In this document: positions 56,041-64,000 of the stretch, in pieces | How positions within the stretch are numbered: position 1 is the stretch's first letter | Layout: each line of letters begins with the position of its first letter | Source: Actinomycetota bacterium | GTDB taxonomy: Bacteria; Actinomycetota; JAICYB01 | DNA: 64,000 nucleotides | Direction of reading: 5' to 3' | Assembly: GCA_040905525.1 (NCBI GenBank) | Contig: JBBDRJ010000018.1 | Location: forward strand, 8,512-72,511 | Position numbers and translations under genes: made by a program | The notes under the pieces: model-generated | Seen by the model: only the letters and a program-made list of their open reading frames with translations | Told to the model about the DNA's origin: nothing | Databases searched by the model: none

Positions 56041-56228
56041 TCTCGTAGGCAGGTGAGATAGGTGTGCGATGTCGGGATGGCGGAGCGCCAGCATGTAAGG
56101 GTCGGGGGTTGACCAAAGACCTGGCATGACGAGCGTCGGGAGAACGGATCGTGGCTTCGCGAACGGGTCCTTGTTCGCCCAACACTTTCGATGCCACTCA
56201 AACTTGCAGGGCTTCAGAGGAGGACCGG

Positions 56229-56882
56229 CTGAAAAGCAAATATAAGGTCATCGGTGTTGCCTTGGTGATCGCAGCTGGCTTGGTTACTGGCGGAGGAGCG
56301 AGTTCCGCGGTGACGACGTCTGCTCGTTTCAGGATGCCGTTCTCGAGCGGCGGCTGGGCACTGAATGGGACGCACCCGAAAAGTCATTCCTACTTCGATG
56401 CCGACTGGGCGACCGATCTTTATCAAGCTTCCGGCACAAAGGTAAAGGCTTTAGTGTCCGAGAGTAACGTGACGTTGAAGATTCTTGGTAATCCCAAGAC
56501 GCTTTACGGTAAGTCCAGTAGCTGTGGCTCTGGCACCATCAACGCTGGCAAGACGGTAAGGATCGGAGTTTGGCGGGCAGGCCAAAAGCTAGGCTGGTTC
56601 TCATTCCAACACTTGGACGCCGTGCCCACCACGATTAAGGACGGTGCAAAGATTTCGAATGGTACGGTCCTTGGAAAGCTGAAGAAGTGGGCGAAGTCAG
56701 GCTGTTACTGGGTGACCTACAACAATGCCAGTAGTGTACATACCCACGCCTCAGGGTTCAGCTACGACCCGCATTACTCTTGTTATCGCAACCTGACTGC
56801 TGGAAACCGTTACGGAACCGACGTTTGGATCGGCAAGGTTGGTAAGACAAGTGCCACCGGTAAAAGACAGGCGTGCCGGTGA
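56229..56882 (+). CDS. Secreted M23-like metallopeptidase (probable CTG start)
   Basis: GAGGAGG RBS 5 nt before CTG 56229; signal peptide; FRMPF, SH..WATD, FQHL, GTVLGK, VHTH. Confidence 0.6.
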   Translation: MKSKYKVIGVALVIAAGLVTGGGASSAVTTSARFRMPFSSGGWALNGTHPKSHSYFDADWATDLYQASGTKVKALVSESNVTLKILGNPKTLYGKSSSCGSGTINAGKTVRIGVWRAGQKLGWFSFQHLDAVPTTIKDGAKISNGTVLGKLKKWAKSGCYWVTYNNASSVHTHASGFSYDPHYSCYRNLTAGNRYGTDVWIGKVGKTSATGKRQACR

Positions 56883-56951
56883 ATGCGACAACGACTGGTT
56901 CTGAAATGAGTAGAAGGCAGCTTGTCTGAGGCGCGTATTTGCGAGATTCGC

Positions 56952-57245
56952 TCAGTCGCGCTCAGCGATGTGCCGGTGTGCAGCCTCGAGTTCGACCGCC
57001 TCACTACTCGTCAACCCGGGTGCAACGCCGCAGTCGATCCGGTTCTGCATGCGCTAGTTGTGGATGGTCTGCGCACTGATACTGAGATCTGCCGCGATAT
57101 CGGGGACGCGTCGACCTTCCGCAAGGAGATCGAGGACCTTGCGACGGAACTCACGTGGATCGTCCCTCGGCATACCCGCCCCTCTCTTCTCGGGCGGCAG
57201 CATGCCAGCCCACTAAGACAACTCCATCAAACTCGGGGCAGATCA
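56952..57245 (-). pseudogene. IS3-family remnant: left terminal repeat plus inactivated OrfA
   Basis: End TGATCTGCCCCGAGTTTGATGGAG at 57245; ATG 57173 gives MPRDDPREFRRKVLDLLAEGRRVPDIAADLSISAQTIHN*RMQNRID..ELEAAHRHIAE; no OrfB. Confidence 0.85.
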
Positions 57246-57437
57246 GTGTGTCCTTCGAAGCGGGTCACTTCCAGTGTGAACTTAAGGCCTTGGCCACGTG
57301 GCGCCGCAGTCCTTAATGAGATCATCATCATCTCTTAGGGCTGACTGGATGCTCATGGCTTAGCGGGCAATGGCGTCAAACGGGGGTGGTCCTTCCCTCG
57401 ATGATGGGGAATGAACAGATCGCATGAAGCCAGCGGG

Positions 57438-58067
57438 ATGAGGTTTCGAGTCCTCATTGCTGTGTCGGTTTGTGTGCCCGTGTTGTCTTTCATCGGTTGC
57501 CGGGCAGCGGTCGACAGCGAACAGCGAGACACTACGACCGGCGCACCAACCGTTGAGAGTTCGCGTGACACTGCGGACTCGACACTCCCATCCCCGTGCG
57601 CAACTACGCATCCGGCGAGTGATCCTCAGGGCGATGGATGTGATGAGTCGCCCGCCGGACGATACGACGGCGCGGGGCCAGACGACTATTCCCCTGAGCA
57701 ATTCAAGCTCATCTCATTCGGAACGCCGGACGGCAACATCGGATGCGAGCTGACGCAGGAACCTGGCCGGCCCGCGGAGGGCCGGTGCGACATCCAAGAA
57801 AGGACATGGGAGTTTCCAGCAAGCGCGCGACCGGAAAGCTGCCCTAGTGATTCCGACTGGGGACAAGGTGCGGCGATCCGCGACGGAAGATCACAACCCG
57901 TATGCGCCGGGGACACTGCGCTCGGGGTCTCCAAAGGACTTGAGGGGACTGAGCGCCCTCGTCTCGGTTCTGTCTATTGCTTCACGCGGAACGATGGCGT
58001 CAAGTGCATCGACGAGAGGACCAATCACGGCTTTTTTGTTAGCCGGAGAGGCTATGAGCTCTTCTAA
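57438..58067 (+). CDS. Putative Cys-rich lipoprotein (DUF6636-like)
   Basis: Lipobox-like FIGC; FGTPDGNIGC..RCDI..VCAGDT..C..GVKC..HGFFVSR. Confidence 0.7.
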   Translation: MRFRVLIAVSVCVPVLSFIGCRAAVDSEQRDTTTGAPTVESSRDTADSTLPSPCATTHPASDPQGDGCDESPAGRYDGAGPDDYSPEQFKLISFGTPDGNIGCELTQEPGRPAEGRCDIQERTWEFPASARPESCPSDSDWGQGAAIRDGRSQPVCAGDTALGVSKGLEGTERPRLGSVYCFTRNDGVKCIDERTNHGFFVSRRGYELF

Positions 58068-58088
58068 CAGCGGCCAGAGTTAAACAAG

Positions 58089-58460
58089 GTGCGTCGAGTT
58101 CTTGTAGGGCTAGCTGTTCTGGTCCTTGGCGTTTTGGCGTTCTCGGGTATCCGTACGCTGGTCGATGGAGAGCAGGAGACGCCGACTCTAGCTCCTTCAT
58201 CTAACGAAAGCGGCGGAGAGTTGCATGGCGATGGCGAGCCACTGTACTGCGTAAGGGAAGGTAATCCGACCTCTCTCGAAGGATGCGATTACGTCGTCGA
58301 TCGCATCGAGGATGTACCGAAGGGTGCGGTGTGGGCTCCATCGCACGGGGGCTTAGAAGACCCGGAGGAGATCAGGCGATTTTGGTGTCTGGATTACGAG
58401 GGTTCACCCCAGAGCAATCCGCGCCAAGGATGTGAAAAGTACTACAGGGAGTCCGAATAG
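58089..58460 (+). CDS. Hypothetical membrane-anchored/secreted protein (4 Cys)
   Basis: MRR + hydrophobic helix; co-oriented with neighbours. Confidence 0.6.
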   Translation: MRRVLVGLAVLVLGVLAFSGIRTLVDGEQETPTLAPSSNESGGELHGDGEPLYCVREGNPTSLEGCDYVVDRIEDVPKGAVWAPSHGGLEDPEEIRRFWCLDYEGSPQSNPRQGCEKYYRESE

Positions 58461-58510
58461 TTGGAATATAGACGTAAGCATCGTGCGCGTAGGTTGGGGG
58501 ATGGGTAGGA

Positions 58511-60481
58511 GTGGGCTCAATCGTATGCCCCGTCTGTAACGCTACTGTTGGAGCTCGCGATCGGTTTTGCGCTTACTGTCGATCGCCCATTCCTTCGACG
58601 CCGGAGGAGGGTGCTTTGTGCCCGGCTTGTCGGGCAATGAACCCTACCGACTCGCAGTTCTGCGAATCGTGCGGCACGAGTCTCGTAACATCGCGCGAAT
58701 TTCGATGCCCATCCTGCGGGAGCGCATCGCGCCACGACAGTCAATTCTGCGCAAATTGTGGAGTGCAGTTGGATACCAACCGACGCTTCATCGCTGTCGC
58801 GTCCAGCCAACCTGTTCCTTCACATCTGGCGCAAATAAGACCGCCCACAGTAACCGCAGGCGCGATTCGTCTGCTGATGACGAGAGGCTGGCCAGAAGCC
58901 GTCGGTGTTGTGTTAATTGCCGCGCTGATCAGCGTTGTGGTCATGGGTCTGATCATCCTGGTTGCTGCGCTCGCTGCAACGATCGCCTCGTCGCCGGTCA
59001 GCATTATTCAGCTCGGCTCGGACTCCGATCTTTCATCTGGACTCAGTTCGGTGGGTTTGCAACTTCTGCTCGGCCCGCTGGTCCTATGGGTGGGTGCTCA
59101 TGGTGGCCTTGGGTCGGAAGTGATAACGCTGACCGGGCTTACTTGGATTTGTTTGGGCCTTTTCGTTGCGCAGCGCGTTGTTCGACGCACAAGGAGCGAT
59201 AGACCCAGAGGCGTAGTTGCTAGGGGCCTGAAGATAGCCCTGCTATACGCGGCTCTAGTTCTTGGTGCAACGTTGCTTCTCAGTGCCTTGCGTGTCGAAG
59301 GCTTGAATTTGGGTAGCGGGAACGCGGGCGCTCTCGGCGCTTCCATAAGTTTTGACCCCATACTGGCTGCGATTGTTGCCGGTTTTGCCGGGTTAGTTGC
59401 TTCGATCGGGTCTAGCGGTCTTCGTCCTGTACTGCACTTAGCCGGAATCTGTGGGGGAAACCAAACGGCGGGGGCTGGCTTAATCTCCGGAGCTGCTCGC
59501 ACGGCAATTACCTCAGCACTCTTTTATCTCGGCGTTTTTCTAATCGCGGCAATTGTCGAACTAGTAAATGTGGCTACTGGGTTGGGCGATGTCTCCTCCG
59601 GATTGGGTCGAAGTTTCCTAGGTTCGTTTATCGGCCTCGTCGCGGGCGCTGTCCTTTATGGCGGTCTTGATATTGGTCTTGGCGGTTTCGTTGTAGGAAT
59701 GAGGTTCTTCGCTGATTCATCGTCAGCATTCATAGAGCCCACTGCTTGGGTGTACTTAACGGTTGTCGCGGTACCAGTTGCAGCACTTCGTGGCGGTTTC
59801 TTCGCTGCGCGGAACGCAGAAGCGACTCATAAAGGTCGGGCAATACTCATCGGCGCGGCGACCGGTCCATTGGTGTCGGTGATGCTCTTCTTTTGGAGTC
59901 TCATACACCTATCGAGTTTTGGAGGCGGCTTTGTGCTTAGTAGCCTAGGTCTACCCCTAGTTTGGTGCAGCAGTTTCGGCGCGATTGGCGGTCTGGTGCT
60001 AGCGAACAGGTCGGGGCTGCCCGCCTCTGCCTCGGATCTCTCCAGAAGCAGAGAAGTGGTCCCACGTGCTCGTTCAGTTCCTGAATCCTCTGCCTTCAGG
60101 ACTCCGGCTCCGCCACCCCTTACGTCGAAGGCTGCGCCAGGAACACGAAAGACCTCGAGTAAGTCGTCGATTTCGTCGCCGCCGGCGAGGACCCATTCTG
60201 CTGATGTGGGGTCTGGTCGACCGACGACAGCGCATATGAGTGAGGGGTCTCTGCTCGGCCCGAACGTATCAGCTGAAATGCCACGAGATGATGTCCTTGA
60301 ATCAAACATGCCGCCGGAAAACTGTCCAGGTTGCGGACAACCGAACCCACTTAACAGCGAGTTTTGTGGGTTTTGCGGACAAGAACTATCCACACTGATG
60401 AATGTCTGCGAAAGATGTGGGTCGCTTCAACCATCGAACATATTCTTTTGTCGAAACTGTGGAGCGCGTATTGATGGTTGA
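58511..60481 (+). CDS. Polytopic membrane protein with 3 N-terminal and 2 C-terminal zinc ribbons
   Basis: Ten CxxC in five CxxC-x10-CxxC units; about 10 TM with LWVGAHGG; Ser/Pro/Thr-rich linker. Confidence 0.8.
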   Translation: MGSIVCPVCNATVGARDRFCAYCRSPIPSTPEEGALCPACRAMNPTDSQFCESCGTSLVTSREFRCPSCGSASRHDSQFCANCGVQLDTNRRFIAVASSQPVPSHLAQIRPPTVTAGAIRLLMTRGWPEAVGVVLIAALISVVVMGLIILVAALAATIASSPVSIIQLGSDSDLSSGLSSVGLQLLLGPLVLWVGAHGGLGSEVITLTGLTWICLGLFVAQRVVRRTRSDRPRGVVARGLKIALLYAALVLGATLLLSALRVEGLNLGSGNAGALGASISFDPILAAIVAGFAGLVASIGSSGLRPVLHLAGICGGNQTAGAGLISGAARTAITSALFYLGVFLIAAIVELVNVATGLGDVSSGLGRSFLGSFIGLVAGAVLYGGLDIGLGGFVVGMRFFADSSSAFIEPTAWVYLTVVAVPVAALRGGFFAARNAEATHKGRAILIGAATGPLVSVMLFFWSLIHLSSFGGGFVLSSLGLPLVWCSSFGAIGGLVLANRSGLPASASDLSRSREVVPRARSVPESSAFRTPAPPPLTSKAAPGTRKTSSKSSISSPPARTHSADVGSGRPTTAHMSEGSLLGPNVSAEMPRDDVLESNMPPENCPGCGQPNPLNSEFCGFCGQELSTLMNVCERCGSLQPSNIFFCRNCGARIDG

Positions 60482-60607
60482 TCAGAGAGGACCAACATGT
60501 AGGCGACGGTCCGGCCCGATCCTTCGCTCCGGAGAGCGCCTTTCCCGACTGCCGACTGTTACCCCTGACCGTACGCGGTTTCCGAGCGCGCCGCTTAAAC
60601 CATAATT

Positions 60608-62713
60608 GTGGCGCGACCTTCACCATGTCCTAGCTGCGGGCGACGACCGCTCACCCTCGAGGCCAAGTTCTGCAGGGCATGTGGAAGCACACTGGCTGGA
60701 GTGGCGAAAAGTAAGCACCGTAGGCGCTCGATTGCTCTAGTGGCAGGAGTGCTGGCTATCTCGATAGTCGCCTTCCTGTTAGTTAGCGACGTCCGGGAGA
60801 GGTCCAGTACGAGCGATAGTCATCGAACTATCGTCGGACCCAACGGCGGAATAGCACGATACGGGACGGACGTCTTCATCGAGTTCCCGGCCGGGGCATT
60901 CGATGCAAGCACACAGGTGACGATAACCGGAGCAGATCCTGACCCGTGGGAGAGAATTGCACGCGACGCGGCTGTCGAACTCATTGGACTCCCGATCGAC
61001 GTCGATGTTAACCGTCCGCTCCTAAAGCCAGCGACGCTGACGTACAGAATTTCAGCCGAACGAATGCCGGAGGAGAGTGGAGCGTTCTTTGCGAACCTTC
61101 ATGCATCTGGTGACAAGCTCGCAGCAGCATTTCTCGCCGAGGTGAATCGGGCAGATGGACACGTTTCGGTAGAGCTCAGAAGCTTCTCGATTTACGGCCT
61201 GTACCGGTGGGTAGCAGACCGCGTCGTCGAATTGGCCAAGGGAGTGATCGACGATCTAATAGGTCCCCTCAGCAAGGCGAGCTCTCCGGAGTCTGACTGT
61301 GATCCGGCCCTTCAGGGCGGCCTCTCAGTCCGAGACTCCAACATGAACGACGCGGTTCGTGCGTGCGCAGAGGAAATTGGAAACGATTCCGCAACTGTGA
61401 AGATACGGAATACGCGCGCATACCCAATTGAACTGCGAGCTGCCTCGTCGGCATTTGTCGAGGTTGAGCACGGAGCCGCGTTCGAACGCGTAGGTGCTGC
61501 TGTGAATGGAGCTGTGTCAGGTAGTTCTTCGACGCTGGTTCCCGGTCGAGCCCTTGCGCAGTCGCGAGTTGCATTTTTACCCGGAGAGAGCCATCGCTTC
61601 GTGACTGGTATCGGCACGCTTGCCCTATTGACGTCAACTCTTGAGGTCGGACTAAGTGTCGCAAGCGTTGTTTACTCCAAGTTGAGATTCGCCTCGGGAG
61701 GTTCCTCGGAAGGTGACCTGATCTCGAGCATGATTGAAGGTCTTTCGGGCGCCCAGTGTCTGGCGGACGCCATTACTGCTTTCGAGGACGTGCGAACGTT
61801 ATCGCTCGAAGTCGCAAGGTCAATCGGCAAGGTTGGTATGGAGTGCGTGCATGCCATCGGAGGCGACATCGTGCTCGGAACGATCGGCGGCGTTTTGGCC
61901 CAGATCACGGGTTTACTCGTTGGCCTGAGCAATTCGCTTGTGCAGTACTCATGGGCGATCGTTGACTCTTGGCGCGGAGACTTTTCACACGAAATTGTGG
62001 CATCCAGAGGTCGAGGAGGGTTGACTGACTCAGCTGCGACGCCAGAGCCGATCGTGCGGTCCTTCAAGGACTGTGGGCCGGTAGATATTGCTTTCGTCGT
62101 CGACAGCACCTCTTCGATGGACGAAGCAATCGAGAATGTGCGCCAACACGTGGCAGAGTTCGCCGATAGGATTGCGTCGGGTTCTAGCGGCGACTATCGG
62201 CTTGGTTTGGTCGACTTCGGTGCCGGCGTTGAGGTTCATGTCCCGTTCGAGGTCGGGAACGCGCGGGCGATCAAGACTGCGCTTGAGGGTATGCGACAGG
62301 AGAGCGGGAATCTCTTTCCACCAGAGGCATCGGACGAGGCCCTTAGAACGGTTGTCGAAACGCGTTCAGTCTCGGAGACAGGTTCAGGCAATCAGGTCGG
62401 CGATTTTGATGAGGAGTGGCGGCCAGGTTCAGCCAAGCGCCGCGTTATAGTCATCACGGACGCGCGACCGAGTGGATTCGACGATGATTTCCAGGAAGGT
62501 GTAGACGATGAGTCCCTTTGGACTGCGGCCCGCGTTGCGTCTGAAAAAGGAATCAAGGCTTCATTCCTCTTCGTTCCGAACTTCTCGAGCGAGCCTGAGG
62601 CAGAGCCGATTCTTCTGAAAGCTGCGCAGCTGGGAGGCGGGTTATTCATGAAGACTTCCGAGGATGCTTCGGACATTGCAATAGGGCTCAACCGGATGAT
62701 GAGCGATTGTTGA
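60608..62713 (+). CDS. Zinc ribbon-TM-ZU5-like-vWA protein
   Basis: CPSC..FCRACG; TM; VGPNGG..IEFPAGAF..KPATL..SFSIYGL; VDIAFVVDSTSSM MIDAS, VITDA. Confidence 0.75.
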   Translation: MARPSPCPSCGRRPLTLEAKFCRACGSTLAGVAKSKHRRRSIALVAGVLAISIVAFLLVSDVRERSSTSDSHRTIVGPNGGIARYGTDVFIEFPAGAFDASTQVTITGADPDPWERIARDAAVELIGLPIDVDVNRPLLKPATLTYRISAERMPEESGAFFANLHASGDKLAAAFLAEVNRADGHVSVELRSFSIYGLYRWVADRVVELAKGVIDDLIGPLSKASSPESDCDPALQGGLSVRDSNMNDAVRACAEEIGNDSATVKIRNTRAYPIELRAASSAFVEVEHGAAFERVGAAVNGAVSGSSSTLVPGRALAQSRVAFLPGESHRFVTGIGTLALLTSTLEVGLSVASVVYSKLRFASGGSSEGDLISSMIEGLSGAQCLADAITAFEDVRTLSLEVARSIGKVGMECVHAIGGDIVLGTIGGVLAQITGLLVGLSNSLVQYSWAIVDSWRGDFSHEIVASRGRGGLTDSAATPEPIVRSFKDCGPVDIAFVVDSTSSMDEAIENVRQHVAEFADRIASGSSGDYRLGLVDFGAGVEVHVPFEVGNARAIKTALEGMRQESGNLFPPEASDEALRTVVETRSVSETGSGNQVGDFDEEWRPGSAKRRVIVITDARPSGFDDDFQEGVDDESLWTAARVASEKGIKASFLFVPNFSSEPEAEPILLKAAQLGGGLFMKTSEDASDIAIGLNRMMSDC

Positions 62714-62760
62714 GCTTGGACGGTTGATTCCCAGGTTAGTTCGGTGGAGCTAAGAGCTGA

Positions 62761-63735
62761 CTATCGGACATTCGCCGGTAGTCGTCCGATCTTCGCGAGG
62801 ACCTCTTCGGCCTCGGCCACGAACTTGTGGACGAGCTCTCCCGCTCCGATCAGCTCGTGGATCGCACCGACGCCTTGCCCGGCCGGGTAGCACTCCTTGT
62901 CCGGATCCACGTCTGTCCACTCGTCGCCGCCGAGATGCATGGCTTTGTCCTTGGTCGAACGGAGCATCTGCTGCGGGAACGGTTGCAGCTCCTCGGGGTG
63001 CTGCTCGAAGTACGTGTTGTAGGAGTTGCGTATCGCCCGAAGCGTCTTCCCGGTGTAGGCGCGGGAGATGACCGTGCCGTCCTCGGCCGTCTCCATGAGC
63101 TTCTCCTTGTATCCGGGCGTCGAGCGCGCCTCCGGCGTGGCGATGAACCGGGTGCCGACCCAGACGCCGTCCGCGCCGAGGGCGAGGGCCGCCGCGAGGT
63201 GGCGTCCATCGTAGATACCGCCGGCCGCCACCACCGGGACCTTCTCGCCGACGGCGTCGACGATCTGGGGAACCAGTGGAAACGTCGCGATCTGACCGGT
63301 GTGACCGCCGGCTTCGGTTCCCTGGGCGACCACGACGTCGCATCCGGACTCGACCGCCGCGAGTGCGTGCTTGACCTTTCCGCACATGTTCACGACGAGG
63401 ACGCCGTGCTTGTGGCAGAGGTCTATGACCTCTAGCGGCACTCCGAGAGCGGCGACGAAGACGCTGGCGCCCTCTTTGATCGCGGGCTCCAGGTGGGCCT
63501 CGATGTTGCCGACGGCCGTCAGCAGGTCGACCCCGAACGGCTTGTCGCTGAGCTTCTTGTACTCGCGGATCTCGTCGACCATCTGGTCGACGCCCATGGT
63601 TCCGCAGCCGAAGGTTCCGAACCCGCCGGCATTGGACACTGCGGCGACGAGCATGTGATAGGAGACACCGCCCATGCCGGCCAACATCACCGGGTGCTCA
63701 CACTGCAAGATCTCCGTCAGTCTCGTCTTGATCAC
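62761..63735 (-). CDS. Nitronate monooxygenase/FabK-like flavoprotein
   Basis: PVMLAGMGG, QGTEAGGHTG, AAGGIYDG, GTRF. Confidence 0.9.
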   Translation of the reverse strand: MIKTRLTEILQCEHPVMLAGMGGVSYHMLVAAVSNAGGFGTFGCGTMGVDQMVDEIREYKKLSDKPFGVDLLTAVGNIEAHLEPAIKEGASVFVAALGVPLEVIDLCHKHGVLVVNMCGKVKHALAAVESGCDVVVAQGTEAGGHTGQIATFPLVPQIVDAVGEKVPVVAAGGIYDGRHLAAALALGADGVWVGTRFIATPEARSTPGYKEKLMETAEDGTVISRAYTGKTLRAIRNSYNTYFEQHPEELQPFPQQMLRSTKDKAMHLGGDEWTDVDPDKECYPAGQGVGAIHELIGAGELVHKFVAEAEEVLAKIGRLPANVR

Positions 63736-63797
63736 GCCTCACCCCTTATCTGACACCATTACTGTCTCGGTTACGGCAAGCCTATACAGGGGGACGC

Positions 63798-64000
63798 ATG
63801 GGCGAGAACTTCGCCGACCTATGGGAGCAGATCACCGACGCGTTTCCGGACGCGCAGGCGCAGGTGCACGGAGACCGCAGGTACACGTGGAGTGAGTTCG
63901 ATCGGCGCGCCGACGGTGTCGCCAAGAACCTGCTCGATCACGGAGTCCGGCAGCAGGACAAGGTCGCGCAATACCTCTACAACGGTCCGGAGTATCTCGA
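63798..64000 (+). CDS. Acyl-CoA synthetase, N-terminal part (runs off window)
   Basis: Manual translation MGENFADLWEQITDAFPD..YTWSEFDRRADG..DKVAQYLYNGPEYL; GGGGG RBS. Confidence 0.8.
   Translation, partial: MGENFADLWEQITDAFPDAQAQVHGDRRYTWSEFDRRADGVAKNLLDHGVRQQDKVAQYLYNGPEYL

Larger units (their letters stand above)
54432..62760. mobile_element. Putative horizontally acquired island (no integrase in window; borders approximate)
   Basis: Visibly more A/T-ending codons than the flanks; IS relic; only unannotated envelope/regulatory genes between mca and NMO. Confidence 0.7.

Noticed and set aside
56041-56228. c-di-AMP (ydaO) riboswitch ahead of the M23-like gene
   Set aside because: Expected conserved segments (GCTGAATCC, GGGGTGAAT, GTCAGCTAA) are not present
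56922-57338. 138-aa plus-strand ORF
   Set aside because: Antisense of the IS3 OrfA remnant
1-64000. CRISPR array, rRNA, tRNA or a recognisable anti-phage defence system
   Set aside because: No regularly spaced repeats or RNA gene signatures seen; the kinase and vWA proteins lack the usual defence partners (PP2C phosphatase, MoxR ATPase, nuclease) in this window

Overview
High-GC actinobacterial DNA, judged from the mycothiol genes (mca, an MDMPI-family enzyme), an F420-dependent reductase and R2lox. Most of the window encodes acyl-CoA and lipid/steroid-type catabolism: 5 acyl-CoA dehydrogenases, 4 acyl-CoA ligases, 2 crotonases, a thiolase with an HMGS-like/OB-fold partner, a P450, SDRs, an ALDH, esterases and an amidase. 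I saw no rRNA, tRNA, CRISPR array or integrase. The most striking unexplained signal is at 40.3-48.2 kb. There a soluble Ser/Thr kinase, an ABC ATPase-cNMP fusion and two paralogous polytopic membrane proteins all end in the same CxxC-x10-CxxC zinc ribbon, next to a secreted lipase and a small partner protein. The same ribbon recurs in a visibly lower-GC island (about 54.4-62.7 kb), on a third membrane homologue (5 ribbons) and on a ZU5-like/vWA protein. That island also carries an IS3 relic, a tandem-TetR-like regulator and an M23-like peptidase. Other oddities: a stand-alone phosphohistidine swivel domain coupled to an unknown protein, a 22-residue-repeat amphipathic protein, an esterase-thioredoxin fusion, a His-less pseudo-kinase sensor and a long intergenic hairpin. 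All family calls come from motif recognition by eye; no database search was run.
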